From: an uncultured Candidatus Peribacteria bacterium
GTDB lineage: Bacteria; Patescibacteriota; Gracilibacteria; BD1-5; JAGOOR01
Length of the DNA: 64,000 nt
Reading direction: 5' to 3'
Assembly: GCA_964521495.1 (NCBI GenBank)
Contig: CAZFTF010000004.1
Coordinates: forward strand, 15,889 to 79,888
Shown here: positions 34,542 to 44,428 of the stretch, piece after piece
Layout of the letters: each line of letters begins with the position of its first letter
How positions within the stretch are numbered: position 1 is the stretch's first letter
Notes under the pieces: generated by a model
Told to the model about the DNA's origin: nothing
The model's database searches: none
The model's input: the letters and a program-made list of their open reading frames with translations, nothing else
Translations under genes and position numbers: made by a program

Positions 34542-34718
34542 AGTAAAAGTTTAATGGGTTCGAAGGAAAGGGATTTAGTGTTTAAGTGCTTAAGAGATTT
34601 AGAGTAGGGAAAGGAGTAATTTGGTTTATTACTTTTATTGATTATCAAAAAATAAATAATTCCTTTCTCTATCTTCTGCTATGGCTCTGTCTTTTATTCG
34701 TTCTAATTCGCAAAACTC

Positions 34719-34804
34719 TGGTGCCGCGAGAGAGACTCGAACTCTCACACCCGCAAAGGCAATGGATTTTGAGTCCATCGTGTCTACCATTCCACCATCG
34801 CGGC
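34719..34804 (-). tRNA. tRNA-Leu (anticodon CAA), type II with a long variable arm and encoded CCA
   Basis: The minus strand reads GCCGCGA-TG-GTGGAATGGTAGACAC-G-ATGGA-CTCAAAA-TCCAT-TGCCTTTGCGGGTGT-GAGAG-TTCGAGT-CTCTC-TCGCGGC-A-CCA. Acceptor, anticodon and T stems all pair. Confidence 0.9.
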
Positions 34805-34875
34805 ACGTTTCTTTTGGTGCCCACTAGGATATACATAATCTCCGATTTCGCAACTAAAATGAGGACTTTTTGCAT

Positions 34876-35265
34876 CTACTGCAGGGATGCAATTTGTGCC
34901 CTATAGGTTTTTTGTCACTCATACTCATTTTTTAGATCTTGGCCAGTGTATTTCTGAAAATAGATATCTTCATTTTTTCCAATATTTTTTATTACAAAAA
35001 CAGAAATGTCTTCATTTTTTCACTCTTTTCGACTCGCCATATATTTGCCAATACAGTTCTGTAATTTGGGACTATAAAAGAGCTCCATATCCACAATCCA
35101 AACATTTTCCCCCATTTCTTCAGCAGTTGTTTGAGCTTCTTCACGAAAAGATGTTTCCCTACTTTGACAATCAGGAATGGTTGCCACAGGAACGGGAATT
35201 TTTACCGGACTTTTGGTGCAGGAGACCAGAAAAATCAGCGATGCTATGACAAGAATTTTCTTCAT
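34876..35265 (-). CDS. Hypothetical lipoprotein
   Basis: Start is ATG 35263-35265, giving MKKILVIASLIFLVSC (lipobox LVSC). Track ORF 35020..35286 continues through two TGA to TAG 34876-34878. Confidence 0.55.
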
Positions 35266-35340
35266 AGGAAAAAGAGATATCCCCATTCTATAGTATTTTT
35301 ATAAAAACAAAGTTTTTTATTACATCTTTTTATCAAGAAA

Positions 35341-35370
35341 ACAAAAACCCCTCACAAAGTGCGTGAGGAG
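35341..35370 (-). terminator. Rho-independent terminator after trxA
   Basis: On the minus strand, CCTCAC-GCACTTT-GTGAGG is followed by GGTTTTTGTTTT, 20 nt after the trxA stop. Confidence 0.6.
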
Positions 35371-35388
35371 GGATGTATATGAAAAATT

Positions 35389-35706
35389 CTAGAGATACGG
35401 ATTCGTGAGCTCAATAAGTTGCTCAACACTATGAACCCCTGAGACTTGTTTGACGATCTGACCATCCTTGAAGACGATCAAAGCAGGAATACCCATAATA
35501 CGAAACCGCTGAGCGAGATCCATATTTTGGTCGACATTGACTTTAGCCACCTTCACTTTACCAGCTGATTCGAGAGCAAATTGAGCGAGGTTTGGGAGCA
35601 TCATGCGGCAAGGCCCGCACCATTCAGCCCAGAAATCGACGAGAGTGACACCAGAAGCAATTGTTTGCTCAAAATTCTGGTGATTGAGATCTAAAACATT
35701 TTCCAT
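35389..35706 (-). CDS. trxA: Thioredoxin
   Basis: Intact 105-aa ORF with the WCGPC active site and a typical thioredoxin fold pattern. Confidence 0.92.
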   Translation of the reverse strand: MENVLDLNHQNFEQTIASGVTLVDFWAEWCGPCRMMLPNLAQFALESAGKVKVAKVNVDQNMDLAQRFRIMGIPALIVFKDGQIVKQVSGVHSVEQLIELTNPYL

Positions 35707-35742
35707 AAATAAAAAATTAAAAAATAAGAAACTTAAGAGATA

Positions 35743-36897
35743 TTATAACAATTTCGCCTTCACAGTAAAGAAGGTTTTTAAAGTGATGAGATGAAGCAAT
35801 ATTACTATTCCCAATAAGATATAATGACCTACCGAGAATTTATCCACGAGACCAAATCGTATAATACCTGTGTGGATAAAGAAAAATCCGAGCACAACAC
35901 CTGCTACTCCAGGGCAGACGAGAGCAAAAGCATTCAGACTTTTCTCTTTTCCATGGAGATATGCCTTGAAATATCCGTTATGTTTCATAATAGCGTACCC
36001 GATAATACCAAAGAGGATCTGCAGAGCAATAAATATGGAGAGCACAATCAGAAATGAGATATCTGGCAGACTCATCTCAAAGACACGAGTCATGCCGAGC
36101 ATATACCGTACGAGTGTTACACCAATGAGCGTAAAGATAGGGATAGGCACCCAAATGCTTGAACTCGATTCAAATGCGAGGCCATCACGCATGATAGCTT
36201 GCATACCCCATACCATATGGAGGACAAGGAAAAATATTCCTACCACCAAGAAGAACAGAGAAAATATGAGAGAAACACCTGCTGTCAGATAGGTCATAGA
36301 CATGGTGACTGGTGCCGCGAGTCCTACTGCTACCATTAGAAATGTGAGACTCGCTTTGAGTTGCCCGAGTTTATTATTTTTCTCAAAATCAAATCCGCCT
36401 GACATACTTCGTACGAGGAAAGGGAGGTAGGTCGTGATAGCAAATATGCCGACCGCTACAAACCCGACAATAGCCCATGGAAAGATATATTCGACGACAC
36501 TCCAGAGTCCAGGAGTGAAGACGCCGAGGAGTACCAGGAGGACATTGAGCATGATGGCGAGCACGAGAGGGAATCCTAGCAGGTCAACTTCATCATTGGT
36601 TGTTTTGATATGTGTGTATCCGTCAGTTCTTTTGAAAGTGATATATTTGCGGATATTCCATACCACGAGTCGCAGATGGAGTTGACCAAAATAGGCAACA
36701 CCCAAGAGGACAATCCCAATAAGAATTTTTGTAAGCGTGTTATCTCATTGAAAATAGACCATCAGGGTATCAAAGGTTGCCATGGGTGTATCATGTTTCG
36801 TGAGAAACTGGAGATACATAAAAAATGTCACTGCGAGACCTCCAGCCCCGAGAGCAGAGAGGAAATATTTTGGCCCATATTCGACTTTATTTTGCAT
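35743..36897 (-). CDS. Polytopic membrane protein (about 10 TM) with a conserved-looking CPGVA motif; transporter-like or redox-linked
   Basis: Track ORF 35743..36705 (TTG-initiated in the track) extends through TGA 36745-36747 to ATG 36895-36897 (MQNKVEYGPKYFLSALGAGGLAVTFFMY). It ends 36 nt before trxA on the same strand. Confidence 0.65.
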
Positions 36898-36966
36898 AGA
36901 ATAAAAAAGTTAATATAATAAAGTAGGTTTATTATATTCATCTAGTTTCTTTTTGCAACTAATTTT

Positions 36967-37272
36967 ATGAAAAAAGAATGTAACATAGCAGAAGTGCTCA
37001 ATTTCATCAACAAAAAATGGATTATGGTTATCCTGAAAACTATGCAAGATGGCCAGGATACTTTCACGGGTATCAAGCAGGAGATAGGGGAGATCAATCA
37101 AAAAATCCTCTCCGCTCGTCTCACTGAGCTTGAAGCCGTCGGATTTATCTCTCGAGAAATTATCCAAGAAAAACCCATCAAAATCCGCTACACGCTCACC
37201 AAAAAATGAGTATCTTTTTGTGAACATATCTGTGGACTCCTCACTTGGCAGGAGAAGTGGGAGGGGAAATAA
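36967..37272 (+). CDS. HxlR family transcriptional regulator
   Basis: CNIAEVLNFINKKWIMVILKTMQDGQDTFTGIKQEIGEINQKILSARLTELEAVGFISRE...IRYTLTKK[TGA] matches the HxlR wHTH pattern (...Y.LT.kG). It continues to TAA 37270-37272 and is divergent from the membrane-protein/trxA pair. Confidence 0.8.
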
Positions 37273-37299
37273 AAAACACCCCGTAGGGTGTTAATAAAT

Positions 37300-37560
37300 A
37301 TACTTTAGTCTAGATCTCTCCATATAGGGTCTTCATGACGGTGAAGACGAGCCCTACCCCCTCTTCTTGTTTCATCTAGAGAGATAAATGGTCTTTGTCT
37401 TCCGGGAGATATATCTCACTGGGGTAACATAGCTAGTACCTTTGAGGGCGTTGCTCATGTTACTTCGTTAACAGGGGAGAGCCGTGGTGATGAGATAATA
37501 ACTCATCTCTCTAATCTTGGTGTTCTGCGAGGAGGTATGGACATAATAATGGTATTATAC
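37300..37560. ncRNA. Unclassified structured, GC-enriched intergenic element (candidate sRNA or leader)
   Basis: Several stable hairpins sit in a non-coding gap. They are GTCTTCA-TGACGG-TGAAGAC nested in TAGG..CCTA (37325-37356), the palindrome GAGATATATCTC (37406-37417), GTAACAT..ATGTTAC (37424-37463) and GATGAG-ATAATAA-CTCATC (37489-37507). The strand is not determined. Confidence 0.25.
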
Positions 37561-37695
37561 CATTAAAATATGTATGTCAAATACAAGTTACTTTGGAAAA
37601 AGTAGCAAGAAATAAAAGAGGTGTATTTCTTATTGGAGAATAAGGATAACATGCTATACTCTTTTGTTATCTTCTCATTTTCTAACTCTCCTTTT

Positions 37696-38061
37696 ATGAA
37701 GTTCCTGATTGCTCTCCTCCTCTCAGCACTTGCTGTGCTTGTCGCTGCTTATCTCGTACCAGGTGTACGAATTGATGGATTCACTACAGCGCTGATAGTC
37801 GCCATTGTGGTTGGTCTCCTCAATGCTACAGTGGGGCTTGTTTTAAAACTCCTCACAGCACCACTCAATTGGCTCACGCTCTGACTCGTTGCTTTTGTGA
37901 TCAATGTATTGATTGTGCGCATTACAGATAGTTTTATTCTGGGCTTTGCAACCAATGGATTCTGGGCTGCCGCTGTCTTTGCCCTTGCTCTCGCCATTAT
38001 TCAGTCATTTATTGGAATACAGGAGAGCAAGAAGGAAAATAACTGGCTCCTTGATTGGTAA
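37696..38061 (+). CDS. Phage holin family IV / DUF360 (YvlD-like) membrane protein
   Basis: MKFLIALLLSALAVLVAAYLVPGVRIDGFTTALIVAIVVGLLNATVGLVLKLLTAPLNWLTL[TGA]LVAFVINVL... is typical of this family. ATG 37696 to TAA 38059-38061. Confidence 0.7.
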
Positions 38062-38072
38062 GAAAAGTTATC

Positions 38073-38918
38073 TTATTCATTTATCCTCCAGCCGTACGAC
38101 ATGCTCGCCAAAAAAGACAGATATTTATCAGCAATCTCGACTATTATTTTTGCTGCAGTTTTTAGATTATCATTTCATATGGTCTCACAATCATTTTTAT
38201 CATTGTGAGCAACTCGCCTATCAGCATAAATACAAATTTTTTGAATATTTTCATTTTCTTCTATTCTCATAATATCTTCTCTTACGGAAAAAGTGTTATC
38301 GAAAAAACCATACTCTTCTAATTTTAATAATACTGTAATCAGGCTATAAGGTCTATCTTTGTGATTATCAGTGAGTCTTCTTATTAGTATAGCCTCAGGA
38401 TGCCATAGACAATCTTCAAGTATCCAATATTCATCTTGTGTAATATTAAAACCTTCAATCAATTTATCACGATGAGTCCTAAAGAATTTATTTTGTAGTG
38501 CCTCTAAGGAATTTGCAATAGAACAAAGTAATTGAATATCTCTGATTAAATTTTGCATATCTTTCCTGACGGATGTAATTTTTTGTTGATCAATTACTCT
38601 ACTATCGTGCATATATAATAAGGGCAGTCAAAAACTTCGTTTTTCGAAATCTATAACCCTAATATCCTTAACAGGATATATTTTTGAAATATTAAAAATA
38701 TCCAATTTATTTTCATTTCATTGCAAATCTAACTTTCCAGAACTTATTGAACACCAATGATTATTAGAATACCCCGAATCTTTTCTGTACAAATTGAAGT
38801 TGAAAGTAAGATGGTCATATTTCTGACCAAATTTAATGAAATCTTCAAACTGTTTTACTGAAGATATTTTTTCAAATTTCCTCAACTCCTTTGTTATGAT
38901 TTTTTCATTTTTCTCCAT
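38073..38918 (-). CDS. Hypothetical protein (281 aa, low-GC region)
   Basis: Track ORFs 38175..38612 and 38718..38918 are in the same frame. Only TGA codons lie between and after them, so under table 25 they form one CDS ending at TAA 38073-38075. No family was recognised. Confidence 0.5.
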
Positions 38919-38921
38919 AAT

Positions 38922-39575
38922 TTAACTAGCCCTCCAGCATTGATATACTCATATAAATCATATAATCGCAAGTCATCCAAGACCTCCTGTGCTGTTTCCA
39001 GTTACGGTTTGTGCTGATAGTGTCATTAATGTCAGAAGCGTATAATACAGACAGAAAATTGATACCCAAATTCATTCTTTTTTCTTAAACATCTTATATG
39101 TAAGAAACAAATATATAACTAAAGGGGTTAGGAAGACGAGTCAGGCATACGCTCAGGAAGCTAAAAACAAAAATCAATATATTGCTAAGTTTAAGACTCA
39201 AAGGATAGCAAAGAATATTGACCATTTTTCTATTCTTTTTCTATTTGCTTGTATTTTTTCAGTTGTTCTATGAGTTCATTTGATGAGCTCTAGATTTTTT
39301 TTATTAGCTTTCCTTACTTCTTCTTCCCCGACCCCTTCTCTCAGTAATTCATCAGAAGCAATTTTAATTTCTTTATCTGAATATTTTTCAGGTGATTTGA
39401 CTATTAAAATTAAGTCATGTATTTTTCGTTCTTGTAATCTTTTTTCCTCTTTTGACTTTATATGGTTTATTTTCTTCGGTTCTTTTTTCTCATGTAATTC
39501 TAAAAACTCTCAACAGAATCTACATTTTACAGCAGAGTCTTGAATGCTTTCACTACAAAATGGACATTTTTTCAT
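38922..39575 (-). CDS. Zinc-ribbon domain membrane protein
   Basis: ATG 39573-39575 to TAA 38922-38924, checked codon by codon. The N-terminus MKKCPFCSESIQDSAVKCRFC[TGA]EFL is a zinc ribbon. It is followed by a charged linker and three or four TM helices. Confidence 0.6.
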
Positions 39576-39598
39576 AGTTCTTTGATAAGAAAATAAAA

Positions 39599-41746
39599 CT
39601 ATATCTTCTGCAACCCAATCCTTCCTTTCTCATTATCGACTTGGTAAACGCGGACTTTTACGACATCGCCTACGCGGACGACATCCTCCACGCGTTCTAC
39701 CCGTTTATCAGAGAGTTTGCTGATATGGATCATACCAGACTTTCCTCAACCGATATTGACGATAGCACCGACGCCTTCGAGGATCTTCACGACATCACCT
39801 TCGAATTCTTGACCGACCTCGATATCACGGACGATATTTTCAATCGCTCGTTTTGCACCTTCACCACCTTCTTTACTGAGACCTGTGATGACGACCATTC
39901 CATCATCTTCGATAGAGATCTCAACACCGAAATCTTTTTGCATAGCTTGGATAGTTTCTCCACCTTTACCGATGACCATACCAATCTTCTCAGGATCTAT
40001 CTTCATAGAGATAAGTGCTGGAGCGAGAGGAGAGACTTCTGGGCGAGGTGCTTCGATAGAGGCGAGCATTCATTGCATAATAACTTCACGACTTTTCTTT
40101 GCTTGAGTAAATACTTCTTTCACGATAGCGAGTGTGAGTCCTTCAATCTTTGTATCCATCTGGAGAGCTGTGATACCTGCACGAGTTCCTGCGACTTTGA
40201 AATCGAGGTCTCCGAGGAAATCTTCTTGAGCTTGAATATCTGAGAGAATGACATATTTACCTGTTGCGTCATCAAATATCATACCCATAGCGATACCAGC
40301 AACAGGCGCTGAGATGGGGACACCAGCATCCATGAGGGCGAGTGTCGATCCGCAGACAGAACCCATTGAACTCGAACCATTACAGGTGTGAACTTCTGAG
40401 ACGACACGGACGGTGTAACCAAATTGTTCTTGAGATGGGAGGACCGGTACGAGTGCTTTTTCAGCGAGGTTTCCATGACCGACTTCACGACGACCGACTC
40501 CTCGCATCATACGGACTTCTCCGACTGAGTAAGGAGGGAAATTGTAATGATGCATATAGCGGCGTTCTATCTCAGGATACATACCTTCGACGAGCTCGTT
40601 ATCGAGTGGTCCACCGAGTGTTGCAATAGAGAGGACAGAAGTGACACCTCGTCGGAAATGACCAGAACCGTGGGTTCGTGGGAGAATTCCAACTTCACAA
40701 TTGATAGGGCGGACTTCATCAGCCGCACGACCGTCGAGACGACGACCTGATTCGATGACATTTTTTCGCATGATTTTTTTCACATACTTGTAGACTGATT
40801 CTTCGATTTCTTTTCCGTTCAATTCCTCAGTATCTTCTGTATAACCAAGAGCCGTTTTGACTTCTGCCTCGAGCTCCTCGAGCTTGTGATGAAAATCAAT
40901 CTTGCCTGTGTCATAGAGTGCTTCAATCTTCTCAGGGGAGAGGACTGCAAAGACTTTTTCTTCGAGACCAGCGATGCCTGCCTTCGTTGCAAGGTCAATT
41001 TTTGTGATAGGGTATTTCGCATTCACGAGAGCGACGAAATCTTTCTGAGCTGCTCCGAGTTCAGCGAGTACCTTTTGAGCGTATTCAAATCCTCGCACCA
41101 CCATATCTTCACTCGCCTCTTTTCCACCCATTTCTACCATGGTAATCATGCCTTCAGTACCAGCGACGACGAGCTCATAGAGAGCGCTATTCACTTCTTC
41201 AAAGGTTGGATCAAAGATGATACCACCGTCAGCCATTACAGCGATGCGGACTCCAGAAACGGGTCCTTCAAACTGATGAACACCTGCAAGCTGCAAAGCA
41301 ATACTTGCACCGAGGATACCCCAGACACCGAAGTCTTGTTTCCCGGTTGCAGAATAAATCGTTGGGATAATCTGGACTTCATTGGTCGTTCCTTTTGGGA
41401 ACATCGGACGGATAGGTCGGTCAATGAGACGAGAGGTGAGAATAGCTGTCGTACTTGGTCGTGATTCACGCTTATTAAAACGTCCACCACCGATATGACC
41501 GGTAGAATAATAACGCTCTTGATAATCCACAGAAAGAGGGAACCAGTCAGCGCCAGGTTTACCAGACTTGGTAACACCCGCAGTGACGAGGAGGAGATGT
41601 CCTGCTTCATCAGCGATAGTGACAGCACCATCAGTGAGGAGGGCAAATTTGCCTGTTTCAAAAGTATAGGTCTTACCAGCAATAGTATAAGACTTGGTCA
41701 CAGGAGTGACGTTCGCGATATCGCGATCACGGAGGCCTGAAATCAT
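39599..41746 (-). CDS. pnp: Polyribonucleotide nucleotidyltransferase (PNPase)
   Basis: Track ORFs 40070..41824 and 39746..40069 plus an S1 tail share one frame and run to TAG 39599-39601. It has two RNase PH domains, a KH domain ([15 protein letters not shown]) and an S1 domain ([19 protein letters not shown]). Start set at ATG 41744-41746; ATG 41780-41782 is possible. Confidence 0.93.
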
Positions 41747-41776
41747 AAAAGGGTGGATAGGAGATAATTCAGAAGA

Positions 41777-41940
41777 GTGCATAGTGCATAGAAAAAGTGC
41801 ATAGGGTGGATTATAAAAATTCACTTCTGACTATAATTATGTTGTGATCTTCTGTTGTCTCAGAGGAAGAGTCTAGACTTACCGCATCACTGAATGAAAA
41901 AACAATCCATTCTATGCACTATGCACTTTTTTCTGTGCAC
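41777..41940. repeat. Inverted clusters of GTGCATA heptamers in the pnp upstream region
   Basis: The left cluster is GTGCATA GTGCATA GAAAAA GTGCATA (41777-41803). The right cluster is TATGCAC TATGCAC TTTTTT CTGTGCAC (41913-41940), which is the reverse-complement arrangement. Confidence 0.7.
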
Positions 41941-42042
41941 TTCACGCAGTGATAAGGCAAATCCAGAGATACTTCTCTATGAAACGGTGGAATTATACGG
42001 AAATATTTGCAAAAAGAAAGAAAGTTTGGTATATTTTTTTGT

Positions 42043-42363
42043 ATGAATGATGAACTTCTCAAAATACTTCTCCGTGTTAATGCAGATATTACGCTCTCTG
42101 ATGAGCTTAAGATAGACCTCACAAAACGATTGGAGAACTGTGCTACAGAGCAGGATTTTCTTGTATTGAAATCGTCTCTTGAAGCCTATTGGAAATCAGT
42201 CGATCCTATCATCAAAAGTGCACTGGCTCGCAAATCGCCACAAGAACTCGCTCATATAGAACAGTCTCTTTCTCAGATGATTCTCGGAACTCACAAAATT
42301 GTTGAAAAATCTGTCCGAGAGAAAGAATCCAAAGAGTCTGAATCTATTATTTCCTTTCTCTAA
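42043..42363 (+). CDS. Hypothetical protein (106 aa, helical)
   Basis: ATG 42043 lies within track ORF 42007..42363, and the CDS ends in TAA. It sits 5 nt upstream of the next gene. Confidence 0.45.
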   Translation: MNDELLKILLRVNADITLSDELKIDLTKRLENCATEQDFLVLKSSLEAYWKSVDPIIKSALARKSPQELAHIEQSLSQMILGTHKIVEKSVREKESKESESIISFL

Positions 42364-42367
42364 TTAT

Positions 42368-43420
42368 ATGTCTGAGAATACTCCCGATAAACTGCCTCAG
42401 AATCCCACACCAGAGCTGGAGAAAAAACCAAATGGTTTTCAGCGATTGATGAGTTCGATAGGAAATGGTATGGAAAGTGTCGGTAAGTGACTGTATACTG
42501 CTGTTAAAGAAGTTGCCAAAATACCCGTAGTTCTGGTAAAAGGGGCTGACTCTATTGTTTCCCATATCCCGATTGCTGGAGAGGTTTATTGAGCTGGGAA
42601 AGAAATTGTAAAAGGCGTTTGGTGAGTTACCGAAGAATTGCCAGTTCTTGGGTCTGTATTTCAATGATTAAGAGAATGAGCAACGAAAGTGGCAGGTGAA
42701 ATAGGTTTCAAAACTGAAGAAATGTGAAGCATTTCTGAACTCCAAGAATGATTACAAAGAAAGCCGCAGGATCTTCAGGATATGCTCGATAATTCCTCGA
42801 CAATACCTGTGGCGAAAAAAGAAATTTTGCAGAATATGATTGAGATAATTAAGGTAAAAGGGGAAACAGTTTCTACAGAAGATTTTGATGCATTTAAAAA
42901 AATGTTTGACGATGCGCAGGGAAAACAAGAATATTCTGGTTCTTTGGTGGCGTGAGGGCTTGCAGAAACGTGTTGGAATATTCCAGGAGAGAAATTCTCA
43001 CACTGGACAGATGAGCTTGGGCAAAGACAGGCATCTAGCTTTTCTTCTCATCCTCTCTCTGATGAGGAATACAAGAATTTAATTGTTTCTGGTGATTCTC
43101 GTAACTCAAATTTTCCAGCACCACCGTATGAAAATCTGTCTGATAGACAAAAAAGGTTTTTAGATACCTGTAAGACACAGATATGTCCTGACGGATCTCC
43201 AACAAATGAACAGAAGGAGCTCATAGGTGCTATGGCATATGTTAGCGAGGCGTTTAGTGATAAACAAGGAAATGCTCTTTCTCTCATGAATTCACGTATG
43301 CAATCTGTACAAAGTATATATGGACATATGATGCCAGAAAACTTTAAGAAGACGTTTAATACAGCTCTTGTTCAAGGGCAAAAGATGGACGCATCTACAA
43401 AAAGAACTTGACATGGATAA
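42368..43420 (+). CDS. Hypothetical protein (350 aa) with a Gly-rich amphipathic N-terminal region
   Basis: ATG 42368 to TAA 43418-43420, checked codon by codon, with 9 in-frame TGA. Six of them fall in the stretch GKGLYTAVKEVAK...AGEVYGAGKEIVKGVWGVTEE...FQGLREGATKVAGEIGF. Confidence 0.5.
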
Positions 43421-43502
43421 TAAGTGGTGAAAAATTGCGTTTGATTCCAGAACTTATATTAAAATATTTGACAGTATATAAAATATAGTGCATAATAAAT
43501 GC

Positions 43503-44423
43503 ATGAAGAAATTATATTCTTTTTGTGTTATACTCGTTATGAGTCTTTTGAGTCCCTCTCTTTTTGCGGAAGAATGGCTGGATGTTGCTGAGGATTTACA
43601 AAAACATATTGTCACAGAAGTCACTATTTCTCCAGAAGACCAAAAACATATTGATATCAATCTTGCTTGGGCTCATCAGTGCTATAATAGAGAGCTTGAT
43701 TGTCCTGTGGATGCCGAAAAGCAGTCCATCGAAGAAAGCATGCAGCAGCTGGAAGCTCTCTGGAAAAAATATCAAAAATTGAATATAAAAAGCCCTATTC
43801 TCGAATATATCGTAAGTAAGGCTGAAATACTTCGAACGATGGTGGAAGAAGAGGTGCCACCTATGTGACCTGTTGTTATAGATGTTCTCTTGCGGGTTTA
43901 TTATCAGGATGCACTTCAGACCTATGAGACTATTTATGAAAAAGAAGTACTCGAGGAAACAAGAAAGCATGAAAATGCTCTCCAATATCTCCCAGAAGGC
44001 GTGATGATCCCGAGTGTTCCAAAATCAAAAACCAACCAAGCTATCGTGATTGATATTAGTGATCAGCGTCTTTTTGCCTTCGAGGACGAAATGCTTATTT
44101 ACACCAATCCTATCACTTCGGGTAAAAATTGATATGCGACGGTACGATGAGATTTTTCCGTGATGAGCAAGCAGAGAAATAGGCTCTTACGATCTCCATT
44201 TAAAAATCAACACTACAGTCTCCATGTGGATTATTGGATTCAGTTTTACCCAAAATATGGAATCCATGATGCCTGTAATTCAAAGAGTTGTTGGAGAAAA
44301 GAATTCGGATGACCTGATTACACTTCTCGAGGAAGTCACGGATGTGTGAATAGTCCCTACGAGGCCGTTAAATGGCTCTATGATTGGAGTCTAGAGGGAA
44401 CAGCAGTCAGAGTTCAAAAGTAA
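43503..44423 (+). CDS. L,D-transpeptidase (YkuD domain)
   Basis: Track ORFs 43488..43868 and 43890..44132 share one frame and run to TAA 44421-44423. It has a signal peptide (MKKLYSFCVILVMSLLSPSLFA) and the catalytic motif SRGSHGCVNSPYEAVKWLYDW..GTAVRV. Confidence 0.8.
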
Positions 44424-44428
44424 ACAGT

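Noticed and set aside
28583-34600. Recurring GTGCTT / AAGTGCTTAAG-like motif near 28595-28615 and 34577-34593.
   Set aside because: There are only two loose occurrences with different contexts, which is indistinguishable from chance by eye.
34542-34718. oriC upstream of dnaN.
   Set aside because: There are no clustered DnaA-box-like 9-mers and no dnaA gene. Only a generic AT-rich spacer is present before tRNA-Leu.
37305-37544. An 80-codon minus-strand ORF (table 25) across the structured region (MSIPPRRTPRLERG...).
   Set aside because: It is Arg/Pro-rich low complexity with several TGA and has no start context or homolog pattern. It is more likely non-coding.
37300-37560. Tried to assign the structured intergenic element to tmRNA, SRP RNA, RNase P RNA or a guanidine-I (ykkC) riboswitch.
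   Set aside because: There is no tRNA-like 3-prime end (GGTTCGA..CCA), no SRP GGAA/AGCA helix-8 motif and no P4 GAGGAAAGUCC/ACAGAA. The UAGGG..CCGGGAGA resemblance to ykkC fails because UAGGG simply pairs with CCCUA in a plain hairpin. A UAAUAA in a hairpin loop looked like a tmRNA tag end, but the upstream frame gives ..AVVMR and no tRNA-like domain exists.
39641-41464. Plus-strand ORFs of 200 aa (39641..40243) and 192 aa (40886..41464), both rich in D, F and T.
   Set aside because: Both are antisense to pnp, which is unambiguously PNPase on the minus strand.
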